Shown here piece by piece: positions 28,301-38,910 of a stretch of DNA of 64,000 bases. The notes beneath the pieces are model-generated. The model was not told the DNA's origin and made no database searches. It saw nothing but the letters and a program-made list of their open reading frames with translations. Each line of letters starts with the position of its first letter. Position 1 is the stretch's first letter. Where the stretch lies: the NCBI GenBank assembly GCA_964428845.1, contig CAYRZH010000004.1, positions 3,228 through 67,227 on the forward strand, given 5' to 3'. The position numbers and the translations under genes are program-made. The stretch is from an uncultured Candidatus Saccharibacteria bacterium. Lineage in GTDB: Bacteria > Patescibacteriota > Minisyncoccia > Phycocordibacterales > DATGWK01.

Positions 28301-30107
28301 CGTAGGTGGCGGCAGAGGCCCTGGATGTTTCTGCAACAACGTTATTTTCCGCAACAATTTCCTTGCCAATAACACCGGTCCATTCAACAGAGCCTTCCAG
28401 GGTCGCCTCCAGGGAGTTGGACTCTTCAACGGCCCATATGCCAACTGGACGATCGAGAATAACGTCATCTTGGGTGTTGGAAGTAACGGAATCAGTAGCG
28501 AGAGATCGAGTGGTTTTAAAGTAATCAACAATACGCTTATCGGCAGACAGTACGGTTCCTCCGTAATCGTTCCTGGTCAAATGAATAAAACCGGAATCCG
28601 TCTTGATAACAACAGTAGCAACATCGTCAGCAACAACATTGGTAGCATATCCCAGACTCTTGTAAACAAATATCCAGGGATGAAGAACATTTCGGTCTCC
28701 ACAGAAGCGGCGGCCGACAGATACTTCGCAAATTGGAGGGCTCAAGACCTCCGTCTAAAATCTGGCAGTCCTGCCATAAACGCTGGCCTTGCGACATATG
28801 CCCCTCCTCGTGACATTACTGGATCATCTCGAGACTCTCGCCCAGACGTTGGCGCCTATGAATATCCTGGGGGTGAAAACCTTCCCGTACCTACTGAACC
28901 GCCGCCTACCCAAGAGCCAACACCCCCAACAACTCCTAACCCAACAGTTCCACCAACCACCACAGTTCCTCCTACAGGCCAGATTTCTCTCGGATCGACA
29001 GTGGAGATAACAGAAAAGATTCGTGTGAGAGCCGAGCCTAATGGTGCAAGAATTGGTATTCAGAATAAGGGAGCTTTGGGTGTGATTGCTGAAGGACCGA
29101 AGACCGTAGGTGAATTCAACTGGTGGAGAGTTGACTACAAAGAGGGTGTAGATGGTTGGAGCGCGGACAAGTTCTTCATCCTAAAATCTTCACCATCAGG
29201 ACCTGGAACACCAACAACACCACCGACAACTCCTACGACCCCTCCTACTACAGGAGTTACTAACCCAACTCCTCCCGGAGGAACAGTCAGTACAGAGCCT
29301 GTCGGACCCGCTATACCTATCACCTCCCCTACTCTAGGCACTACACCTACAGTCACTGCACCTAGCGCCGGCCTCTCAATGCATTTCAAGTTTGATGGCA
29401 GTATAGCTGATTCTATAAAAGGGGTCTTGGGAATATCAGAAGGGGCACTTTCCTACACCGACGGTAAGATCGGCCAGGCAGTAATACTTAACGGTTCAAA
29501 CAATGCCATAACCCTAGGAAACAAAACTCTGAACGATTTGGGCATCGGGAACCAATTCACAATCTCTGCTTGGATTTTGTCGGATGACGCATCGAAGAAT
29601 CGAGCATCTGTGTTTACTAAAGGTGCCATCGGTGCAGGTGCAGACAATGCATCCATTGATCTTATAATAGCTTCAGGCGACGCAAGACTTCGAGTAAGCA
29701 ATGGCACAACTGTTGTTACCGCCCCTTCCAACTCTTCAAATAGGATAATCTCAAACACCTGGTATCTTGTTACCGGCACGTTCAATGGGAACACTGGAAC
29801 AGCTAAACTCTACCAAAACGGAGTAAAGATCAAGGAATCTACCGAAGCTTCAGTGGCTATGCCAAACGACTCAAGTTCGGTTCTGGCTACAGGTATAGGT
29901 GTTAGCGCCGGAAACGACAAGGCATACTTCAAGGGAAAGATCGATGATCTGCGCATCTACAATAGAGTTCTTTCTGATTCGGAAATAAAGGGTCTCTATG
30001 ATGGCAGTGTGCTTGGCGCCGAAGATCGCAGAGGTTCATACTTCGCAGCTGTAGCTAAGGGAATAAATAACTTCTTCGCTTGGTTTGTTGGTTTGTTTGA
30101 AAACTAA
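25350..30107 (+). CDS. giant surface protein: N-terminal anchor, parallel beta-helix (pectin-lyase-like) repeats, Pro/Thr linkers, two SH3-like repeats, C-terminal LamG/concanavalin-like domain
   Basis: 1585 aa. Beta-helix repeats such as NNRITNSINNGNSF. Two paralogous ~60-aa segments (IRVRAAPSTNATIVGNQGRASIGIV... and IRVRAEPNGARIGIQNKGALGVI...) each follow PTxP-rich linkers. The C-terminal LamG-like part is LRIYNRVLSDSEIKGLYDG. Confidence 0.75.
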   Translation: MNDKFKSGLVPLFLVTLFLFVAVLAGFSGFSLPSGGPDITGQVITSQQPAAPTIRPGSGWSGLTPTPAARGNGPTPIARWDVVPYQTITGKFGIGIPAFHINGIERVDFAVNGGNWVSVNQMTKNPYSGGVVEYWVEIDANDFPVDGPVEIRATVIPSSGTPIVFQGNDLTEETTHGVHSMFINTNSRGTLPSHTRYVDPVRGNDSTGDGTENNPFKSIVAAAADITTDSGSSDGGIVYLKAGEYFWGTEGTTPRIITNNRWLTIKPAPGLTKNQVKITDTSSGGLKTKFVKIEDVHVHNTIVGSAGATNVWADNVLFTGNDLSSFEFPLRNSDWNLIYGTNNKYSMMRRAIGGYTLGRNLTVDHIGGDMFKTPYALINVTGSNLIDANPNLGAAEGDIHRDVVQIQSPPKRWLIYGLTATKNISGQDFFATCGAGREGCNFKDVAFVNYMVNSKSLVAGKWNIAGDHLLLWNMFHGSTLSFPSHEEGRPKILTNLSIRNSVFGALSGFNPVYWNINNGGNFAIDNHYISGRNVYGINYTTGGSLAEIFTKYTTFDAPDNDFHPKPGSVLVNANRPLAAARQVLADREWTPVPAGPTMAIGPLQARGTAPLPEPEPNPITEPDPTDPIIPDPGEEYDPAPPPEVIEIGSQVITQEGIRVRAAPSTNATIVGNQGRASIGIVTDGPTSANGERWWKVDFQNEIDGWGPETSLVVYDPPSSSQGPTSPVTSLPTNLPYMGGGQPTGRVFYVDPRTGSMNNNGSEARPWSTIQEVIAAKKIQSKDKNGATVNPNGPVKSGDTIYLRNGNHGGIRLGRYFNDNYITIAAEPGHIPVVDYISLTGGKNWEFRGLKVLGNPRNPAPKKHLVTVRGYTSTGPASNVKIIGNDIRSVEDASTLTLQDWLNRPAGIQVWRSPGIEIRKNLIESIDVGIGGISDGAIVSENWVNAFAHDGLRGGGSNILIENNRITNSINNGNSFHRDLIQFFGVGGGRGPGCFCNNVIFRNNFLANNTGPFNRAFQGRLQGVGLFNGPYANWTIENNVILGVGSNGISSERSSGFKVINNTLIGRQYGSSVIVPGQMNKTGIRLDNNSSNIVSNNIGSISQTLVNKYPGMKNISVSTEAAADRYFANWRAQDLRLKSGSPAINAGLATYAPPRDITGSSRDSRPDVGAYEYPGGENLPVPTEPPPTQEPTPPTTPNPTVPPTTTVPPTGQISLGSTVEITEKIRVRAEPNGARIGIQNKGALGVIAEGPKTVGEFNWWRVDYKEGVDGWSADKFFILKSSPSGPGTPTTPPTTPTTPPTTGVTNPTPPGGTVSTEPVGPAIPITSPTLGTTPTVTAPSAGLSMHFKFDGSIADSIKGVLGISEGALSYTDGKIGQAVILNGSNNAITLGNKTLNDLGIGNQFTISAWILSDDASKNRASVFTKGAIGAGADNASIDLIIASGDARLRVSNGTTVVTAPSNSSNRIISNTWYLVTGTFNGNTGTAKLYQNGVKIKESTEASVAMPNDSSSVLATGIGVSAGNDKAYFKGKIDDLRIYNRVLSDSEIKGLYDGSVLGAEDRRGSYFAAVAKGINNFFAWFVGLFEN

Positions 30108-30134
30108 CCAAAAGATTGAGCTTGGGGAAATTAC

Positions 30135-30160
30135 AAAACAGCGCCTGCGGGCGCTGTTTT
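30135..30160. terminator. bidirectional rho-independent terminator
   Basis: aaaacagcgcc-tgc-gggcgctgtttt: a perfect palindrome flanked by A- and T-runs. It serves the giant + gene and the minus-strand tRNA. Confidence 0.75.
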
Positions 30161-30190
30161 GGTTTGCTAGAGAATTCCAACCTCCAAATG

Positions 30191-30263
30191 AGCCAATGAT
30201 CGGGATTGAACCGATGACCTCGCCCTTACCATGGGCGTGCTCTACCAACTGAGCTACATTGGC
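30191..30263 (-). tRNA. tRNA-Thr (anticodon GGU)
   Basis: Manual fold: acceptor GCCAAUG/CAUUGGC, anticodon stem CGCCC/GGGCG with loop AUGGUAA, T-loop UUCAAUC. Confidence 0.75.
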
Positions 30264-30330
30264 ACTTAAATACGCCCGATGGGCGCACAAACATAATATT
30301 TGATTTATACGAGTTTTGCAAAACGGTTTA

Positions 30331-31644
30331 TCACTTTGTCTTACCGAGAAATGGAATGTTGAGATGTTTTTTTGAATCGTTTCTGTTTTTGCCTTCTCTT
30401 TTATTCCTTTCCGACATTACTGGCAAACTTGATCCCATGAATACGGTATTCCGGCCAAACTCTTCTGTAAGCTCATCCACTACTTCGAAAACCCCGCTAA
30501 CGCTTTCTGGGGCATCGAATCCTCCAAAAAGATCCTTCGTGATTTCCTCGAGTGGAGTTAGGCCATAGATAGTAGCGCCCGTAGCTCTGTAAAAAACATT
30601 TTCTCTAAATAATTTATTAAATTCTCCACGGGCAGAGGAGATGAGAACAGATGGGATAGCAGTTTTCTTAAATAGAGCAACTTTCTTGTTCAAATATCTG
30701 AAGTCGGCTGTTTTTAGAAAAAAAGAAACACCAGAGGGTACCAAATCAAGACGGCGAGCTCGACCTGCCACGTTCTCTATGTGCCTTGAAAGTTCAGAAA
30801 ATATAAAAACTTTGCTTTGTGAGGTTGGATAAAACGTGCCCGTGCTGCTTAGAGATTTTGGAGTACGGCTTGAGTTCGAATTTACCTGATAAATCGACAC
30901 TCCCGTAAGCTCGAGCCATATTTCGTGATAAGGCCTGGAACAATTTTCCTTAACCCAGTCTTCACCCCTATCCAAAAAACCTTGAGCCGTTTTGATACCG
31001 CGGGCCAAGAGGTAGCTAGAGGTTTGGCCACCAATGCCCCAGATCTTGCCGACAGGAAGATCTTTGAGATACTTCCCTATTGAACCTTGTGGAATGATGG
31101 TGAGGCCTCGGGGTTTGCTCCATTTGGAGGCGACCTTGGCAAGAACCTTGGTGACAGAAAGGCCGAGCGAAAATGAGATACCGAGTTCCGTGAACAAAGT
31201 TGCCTGGATTTCGCTCAAAATATTTTCAAAACTTTGATCACGTTTCTGATCTAGCCCTGAAATATCGGCAAAACACTCATCTATACTGTACTCTTCGACA
31301 ATATCACTATAGCGGCGAACTATGCTGTACATTCGCCTGGCATAGATTTCATAGTCCCTGTAGTGAGACTGTAGCACTATCACCTGCGGATATTCCTTCC
31401 TTATCTGAAATATTGGCATAGCGCGGGTAATGCCCAAGGCCTTGGCTTCATAGCTCATGGCGGAGGCGATGCCTCGCTCGGCACCAGTGACCACCGGCTT
31501 GCCACGAAGGCTCGGGTCTCGCGCCACCTCACAAGCGACGAAGAAAGCATCGCCGTCGAGGTGAAGAATCGCCTTTGGGAAGTTTTCCATAAACATGTGA
31601 TTCTGCTCTGGATTTTGCCCCTCGAGAGCGGAAATTTGTCCCAA
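30331..31644 (-). CDS. dinB: DNA polymerase IV (Y-family, DinB)
   Basis: ILHLDGDAFFVACEV catalytic N-terminus and Y-family palm/fingers/little-finger layout. The true start may be MFMENFP (31596). Confidence 0.8.
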   Translation of the reverse strand: MGQISALEGQNPEQNHMFMENFPKAILHLDGDAFFVACEVARDPSLRGKPVVTGAERGIASAMSYEAKALGITRAMPIFQIRKEYPQVIVLQSHYRDYEIYARRMYSIVRRYSDIVEEYSIDECFADISGLDQKRDQSFENILSEIQATLFTELGISFSLGLSVTKVLAKVASKWSKPRGLTIIPQGSIGKYLKDLPVGKIWGIGGQTSSYLLARGIKTAQGFLDRGEDWVKENCSRPYHEIWLELTGVSIYQVNSNSSRTPKSLSSTGTFYPTSQSKVFIFSELSRHIENVAGRARRLDLVPSGVSFFLKTADFRYLNKKVALFKKTAIPSVLISSARGEFNKLFRENVFYRATGATIYGLTPLEEITKDLFGGFDAPESVSGVFEVVDELTEEFGRNTVFMGSSLPVMSERNKREGKNRNDSKKHLNIPFLGKTK

Positions 31645-31646
31645 AG

Positions 31647-31756
31647 GGGTCTTGAATAGGATACCTCGTCGAGCACGGATAAATTTTTGCTAAAATTTTC
31701 CTCGAGCTCGCGCCGTCGCGCTCGCTAGTCTCGCCTCGCCATCTATTCAAGACCCC
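31647..31756 (+). repeat. copy 3 (E3) of the hairpin-nested ~70-nt element, between lexA and dinB
   Basis: Host arms ggggtcttgaataggat/atctattcaagacccc (the lexA terminator hairpin) enclose cgagcacggataaatttttgctaaaattttcctcgagctcgcgccgtcgcgctcgc. This is the reverse-complement orientation relative to E1/E2. Confidence 0.65.
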
Positions 31757-31825
31757 GTGTGATACTGATATACAAACCTTCCTGCGGACTCTCTCGTAGC
31801 AACATCCAGACCAGAATCGAGCTTA

Positions 31826-32389
31826 TTAAAACTTCCTGATCACACCCTTCACTACGGCGGCGATGGTGAGGGAGTCGGTGGGGTGGATAGGCTTGTAAGC
31901 CTTGTTAGCAGGCTCGAGCCAGACTTTGCCCGCGCGCTCACGATAATACTTCATCGTCCACTCACCATCTACCTCGGCGATAACTATCTCACCGTCTTTT
32001 GCTTTATTGGTCCGCTCAGCTATTACCAGATCGCCGTCGGTGATGTGAGCTTCAATCATTGAATCACCATCTACTTCAAGAAGATAAGTCGCCTCCTTTT
32101 TTTCTACGAGAAAGTCGTCCAGGCTCATAGTGTCTAGGATCTGCTCTTCGGCGTTGGCCGGGAAACCAGCTTTGACCAAACCGAGTAATGGAACTTCACC
32201 AAAGATATTCTTGGGAATGAGCTTCCCGTATTTGTCCTTTTCCACGATCCCCTCCTCTACAAGCCTGGAGACGAGCTTGTAGACGGCATTCTTGGACTTA
32301 AAGCCAAGCAAAGACATGATCTCTCTGTAGACAGGCATGCGTTTGTGTTTCTTGTAAAAATCCAGAATTTTATTTTTATATGTTTCCAC
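31826..32389 (-). CDS. lexA: LexA repressor (S24 peptidase)
   Basis: N-terminal wHTH followed by a C-terminal S24 domain with GDSM and a Lys dyad (VDGDSMIEAHITDGDLV). Confidence 0.85.
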   Translation of the reverse strand: METYKNKILDFYKKHKRMPVYREIMSLLGFKSKNAVYKLVSRLVEEGIVEKDKYGKLIPKNIFGEVPLLGLVKAGFPANAEEQILDTMSLDDFLVEKKEATYLLEVDGDSMIEAHITDGDLVIAERTNKAKDGEIVIAEVDGEWTMKYYRERAGKVWLEPANKAYKPIHPTDSLTIAAVVKGVIRKF

Positions 32390-32441
32390 TTGGGGTTATA
32401 GAAAATTAGAGAAGAATAATAAAGATGTGTCGTGGAAATAG

Positions 32442-32660
32442 TTATAAAAAATGTAGAAAAGAAAGTGAGCGGGTAAAGATACTTCCACCCCTCAAACGCC
32501 GCATCTGGGATAGAAGTAGGCGATGCTCGAGCGCTTCGGCCGCGTATGACTTGCCTTGTAAAATTTTGCGGTCGATGGATCTATTGACGGTAGCAATCTT
32601 GCGCTCAAGCACAGATCGAAGTTGTTGTTTTGACATAGTGTTACAAAATAATTCGTACAT
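32442..32660 (-). CDS. small hypothetical protein upstream of lexA, preceded by a LexA box (candidate SOS gene)
   Basis: 72-aa ORF (alternative start MSKQQL at 32636). Cheo-type box GAACGTTCGTTC lies ~50 nt upstream of its start. Confidence 0.3.
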   Translation of the reverse strand: MYELFCNTMSKQQLRSVLERKIATVNRSIDRKILQGKSYAAEALEHRLLLSQMRRLRGGSIFTRSLSFLHFL

Positions 32661-32712
32661 ATTGCTAATTTTTACTTATAAATACCTGCTGATCTAGGTA
32701 AATGTAGTATAG

Positions 32713-32728
32713 GTGAACGTTCGTTCAC
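32713..32728. promoter_or_regulatory. candidate LexA (SOS) box, Gram-positive/Cheo type GAAC-N4-GTTC
   Basis: gtGAACgttcGTTCac is a perfect palindrome matching CGAACRNRYGTTCG, on the same strand and upstream of lexA. Confidence 0.5.
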
Positions 32729-32849
32729 CAGTCAATGTGGATAACCTAATGGAAAACAAATATTTGCACGAGACAAGGTAAAGGTAACTTAAAAATCTAG
32801 TTTCTATGCTAGCGGCGAAAAATTCTGTATGATGAAATACGGCTAGATT

Positions 32850-33608
32850 ATGCTCCAAATCCTCCTATATTCTCTCCTCGTAATGCTTGCCTCTCTCATT
32901 GGGGTTGTTTTTGTTTGGAGGTCTATGGGGCGGTTTATAGAAAAAAATTTGAGGTATCTGGTAAGCTTTTCGGCCGGAGTTTTTCTAGTAGTAAGCTTCG
33001 GACTGACGCGCGAGACAGCTGAACACGCTGGCTCGGTATGGACCGGAATACTATGGATAGCAGTAGGTATCGTGGGAATCTGGCTCATTTTTAAATTTTT
33101 TCCACTTTTTCACCATCATCATGACAAAAAAGAGGAGAATGAGCATCATCACTCTCGTCTGGATGCGCGGCGGATAATGTTTGGTGACGGTATTCACAAT
33201 ATCGGCGACGGTATTCTCCTTGCCGCAACCTTCTCTGTCAGCTCCGCACTCGGCACCATCACCGCGTTGAGTATTTTTATACACGAGATAGTTCAAGAGG
33301 TGTCGGAATTTTTTGTGTTGAGACAGGCGGGGTTCTCTATAAAAAAGGCTTTGATTTTAAATTTCTTGGTTTCCACAACAATCCTTGTCGGTTCGATCGG
33401 TGGATACTTTTTATTAGAAACATTCAAAACTTTTGAAGTAGTACTTCTTGGTATTTCGGCTGGATCATTTCTTGTTGTAGTGCTTCATGATCTTATCCCC
33501 CACTCGGTAAGGACTTCGCATACTAAGGCACACTATTTAAAGCATGTTATGTGGTTTGTAATCGGACTGGTGTTGATGTGGGGGCTAAGTAGTCTCACCA
33601 GTCACTGA
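32850..33608 (+). CDS. ZIP-family divalent metal transporter
   Basis: Eight TM segments, a His-rich loop HHHHDKKEENEHHHS, and the HExxE-like metal site HEIVQE. Confidence 0.75.
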   Translation: MLQILLYSLLVMLASLIGVVFVWRSMGRFIEKNLRYLVSFSAGVFLVVSFGLTRETAEHAGSVWTGILWIAVGIVGIWLIFKFFPLFHHHHDKKEENEHHHSRLDARRIMFGDGIHNIGDGILLAATFSVSSALGTITALSIFIHEIVQEVSEFFVLRQAGFSIKKALILNFLVSTTILVGSIGGYFLLETFKTFEVVLLGISAGSFLVVVLHDLIPHSVRTSHTKAHYLKHVMWFVIGLVLMWGLSSLTSH

Positions 33609-33748
33609 AGGTAATCTTCTCAAGGTTCAAAGGATTTTGGTGTTGATAAATAGGCATGTTCTTGCATAAAGCAATGTTTCAGATAAGCTAGGGGGCAGTG
33701 TTCATTGACAGGACCAAAACAACAAAGATTTAGAGAAGGAGGTGTACC

Positions 33749-36777
<3,029 letters not shown>

Positions 36778-36891
36778 AAAAGGCGGTCACGTACCGCCAA
36801 ATTACGAGCCACCGCAACCGCGGTGCTCTTTTTTTTATATCTTCACAGCTATTTTTAGAAGTATCTTTGCGCGGCCTAGTGAATGAAGTTG

Positions 36892-36975
36892 GAACTGCGA
36901 TACGAGAACATGATGGATATATTTATATCCCTGTGCTGAAGTGATTTACCCCACCACACTTATCACTATATTTTA
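36892..36975 (+). repeat. R1: copy 1 of a ~90-nt paralogous promoter/leader repeat (ggaactgcgatacg ... tttaccccacc-N9-cactatatt)
   Basis: ~75% identical to 38088-38181. Contains a -35/-10-like TTTACC-N16-TATATT. Downstream ~250 nt are weakly similar to the sequence downstream of R2. Confidence 0.55.
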
Positions 36976-37291
36976 CAAAATTTACAGTTCAACTTTGAAT
37001 TTAAACAAAAGAAAAGCGACACCCTAGAGTGCCGCCAAATTTCCTTTGTTAACTTTTACGTCCACACCTCACTGTTGAGGTAGTTAACTAGCTTTACGCG
37101 CTAAACCAATTTGGAAATATCCATATGTCCCCACATGGAACTGGTTCAGTTGCAAGGTTTGGTCATTGAGGAGCTACCCTCAGGACATCCCCTAGCAAGA
37201 TACTGCTCTGGGTATAGGCTAGCATAAGCTATTATTTTTGTCAAGTGTTCGTAATAATGGGAGTATACTAACTTGATCTTCATCATTGAAT

Positions 37292-37378
37292 GTGTATAAT
37301 CTAGGGGTCTTTTGGTTCAGCCATGAACTGAAAGGGTATCACATCCAAGAACTGCCCTCCTCGCGGAGGGCAGTTTCT
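37292..37378 (+). ncRNA. candidate small RNA (~70 nt): promoter TTGATC-N16-TATAAT followed by a terminator hairpin
   Basis: tgtgTATAAT at 37291-37300. Hairpin ctgccctcc-tcgc-ggagggcag followed by TTTCTATTT at 37351-37380. The hairpin also serves as the terminator for the minus-strand NYN gene. Confidence 0.25.
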
Positions 37379-37380
37379 AT

Positions 37381-37956
37381 TTACCCATTTTTACCTTTTT
37401 CTTGTCTGTGTTTAAGATCTCTTCCCCAAATATCTTCTTGAATCATTAAAACATCAGTATACCCATCAGAACCAGTGCGAAGTTCTTCCGAAATATTATT
37501 TTTAGATGAAAATACAAAAACTTTTTTACCACCCTTTTTTAAATGAGTTAACAGTGCCAAAAAATCAGAGTCGCCAGTGAAAAATATTGCTGTATCATAT
37601 TTTTTAAAATGATACATAGCATCTATTGTTATTTCGACGTCCATATTCCCCTTCTCTTGAATAGCTTCGCCATCCTTAGTTAAAATACTTATCCTTTTTA
37701 ATTCTTTTTTACGCACGACAAAGGACAAACCCTTCTTTAAGTAGGTAAAAAATTTATGTTTCCCATCCAGAGTATAGTCTCGAGTACCCTCAGCAGGATA
37801 TGCTGTGTAATAAAAGACTTCAATATTAGGTGCGTTAAATTTTGTTTTGAGAAAATTTCTGAGTTTTTCAAAATCAAAAAACCTTCCCTTCACCTTCTGG
37901 GCTTCCCAAAGATTTGATGCGTCAATAAATATGTATGCTGTATTTTTCTTTTCCAC
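37381..37956 (-). CDS. NYN (LabA-like, PIN-fold) domain protein, predicted RNase
   Basis: IFIDASNLW and GDSDF motifs typical of NYN/LabA nucleases. 191 aa. Confidence 0.65.
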   Translation of the reverse strand: MEKKNTAYIFIDASNLWEAQKVKGRFFDFEKLRNFLKTKFNAPNIEVFYYTAYPAEGTRDYTLDGKHKFFTYLKKGLSFVVRKKELKRISILTKDGEAIQEKGNMDVEITIDAMYHFKKYDTAIFFTGDSDFLALLTHLKKGGKKVFVFSSKNNISEELRTGSDGYTDVLMIQEDIWGRDLKHRQEKGKNG

Positions 37957-38087
37957 GGCGAAAGTATACCAGTACTAAGGATTAAATTCACTTCCATTTT
38001 AAAGGTATTCGGGTTGGAACCAAAAAATCCTTATGGTTAAAGGATTTAGTGGTTAAAAAACTGTTGGCGCGGACTGGTGGACAACGT

Positions 38088-38181
38088 GGGAACTGCGATA
38101 CGCAACCATAATGGTCATATTTACATTCCTGTCCTCCAATCTACATCGTAATTATACCCCACACCTCTCGTCACTATTTAT
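38088..38181 (+). repeat. R2: copy 2 of the paralogous promoter/leader repeat, upstream of the second NYN gene
   Basis: Aligns with R1 (ggaactgcgatacg..atatttacattcctgt..ataccccacacc..tcactattta). Followed by a ~100-nt leader ending in the hairpin ccccagc..gctgggg plus TTTT (38253-38285), about 30 nt before the NYN start. Confidence 0.55.
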
Positions 38182-38313
38182 GTGGGACCAGAACATGTCC
38201 CCCACCACCATTTGACCAATTCGGTCCTATGGGTATAGTTAGTGCATACACGCCCCAGCTAGCCGCAAGGTCCGCTGGGGTTTTGTGTTATTTATTGATA
38301 ATATACGTTTTAA

Positions 38314-38910
38314 ATGAACACTATCTTGGTCATAGACGGAGAGAATTTTAAAGGCAAAGTCAAAGCCGTTTTTAAGGATGAGGGCAAGGAAAAACCTGTT
38401 TGGAACGAATATGATTTCAAAGGACTTTTCGATAAAGTTCTATCAGGAATCAAGATAACTAGAATGGTTTTTTATTTCGCTCGTATCAAAGAGCACGAAA
38501 ACAGTAAAGAGAAATCTCAACAACTTATTGAGGAACAACGGCTTCTCAAGACACATCTAGAGACACAGGGGTTTGAAGTTATTTTGAGCGGTCGAGTACG
38601 TGGACAGATGGAGACAGGTAGAGACGGCAAACAAGTTCTAATCTTCAAGGAAAAAGGTGTCGATGTAAAAATCGCAGTTGATATGGTTAGTCTTTCGTGC
38701 GACAAGAAAGTGAAGGAAATAATACTCGCCAGTTCTGACTCTGACCTACAACCAGCAATTAAAGAGGTGCGTGATAGAAAAGTACAGTGTATATATCTTG
38801 GTTTTGAGACACAACCAAACAAAGGAATGACATTTACAACAAACAGAACAATTTTAATAAGAAACTCTGAAATCTTAGAATTTGAAAAAGCTCAACAAAA
38901 GCTCATTTAG
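38314..38910 (+). CDS. NYN (LabA-like, PIN-fold) domain protein, paralogue
   Basis: LVIDGENF and SSDSDL motifs. 198 aa. Divergent from the first NYN gene. Confidence 0.65.
   Translation: MNTILVIDGENFKGKVKAVFKDEGKEKPVWNEYDFKGLFDKVLSGIKITRMVFYFARIKEHENSKEKSQQLIEEQRLLKTHLETQGFEVILSGRVRGQMETGRDGKQVLIFKEKGVDVKIAVDMVSLSCDKKVKEIILASSDSDLQPAIKEVRDRKVQCIYLGFETQPNKGMTFTTNRTILIRNSEILEFEKAQQKLI

Noticed and set aside
36781-36840. Possible second att site resembling the tRNA-Asp 3' end near the purA terminator
   Set aside because: Only ~8-nt similarity (gcggtcacgt versus gcggtcgacg). The segment is explained as the purA terminator hairpins. No convincing direct repeat of the tRNA-Asp 3' end was found.
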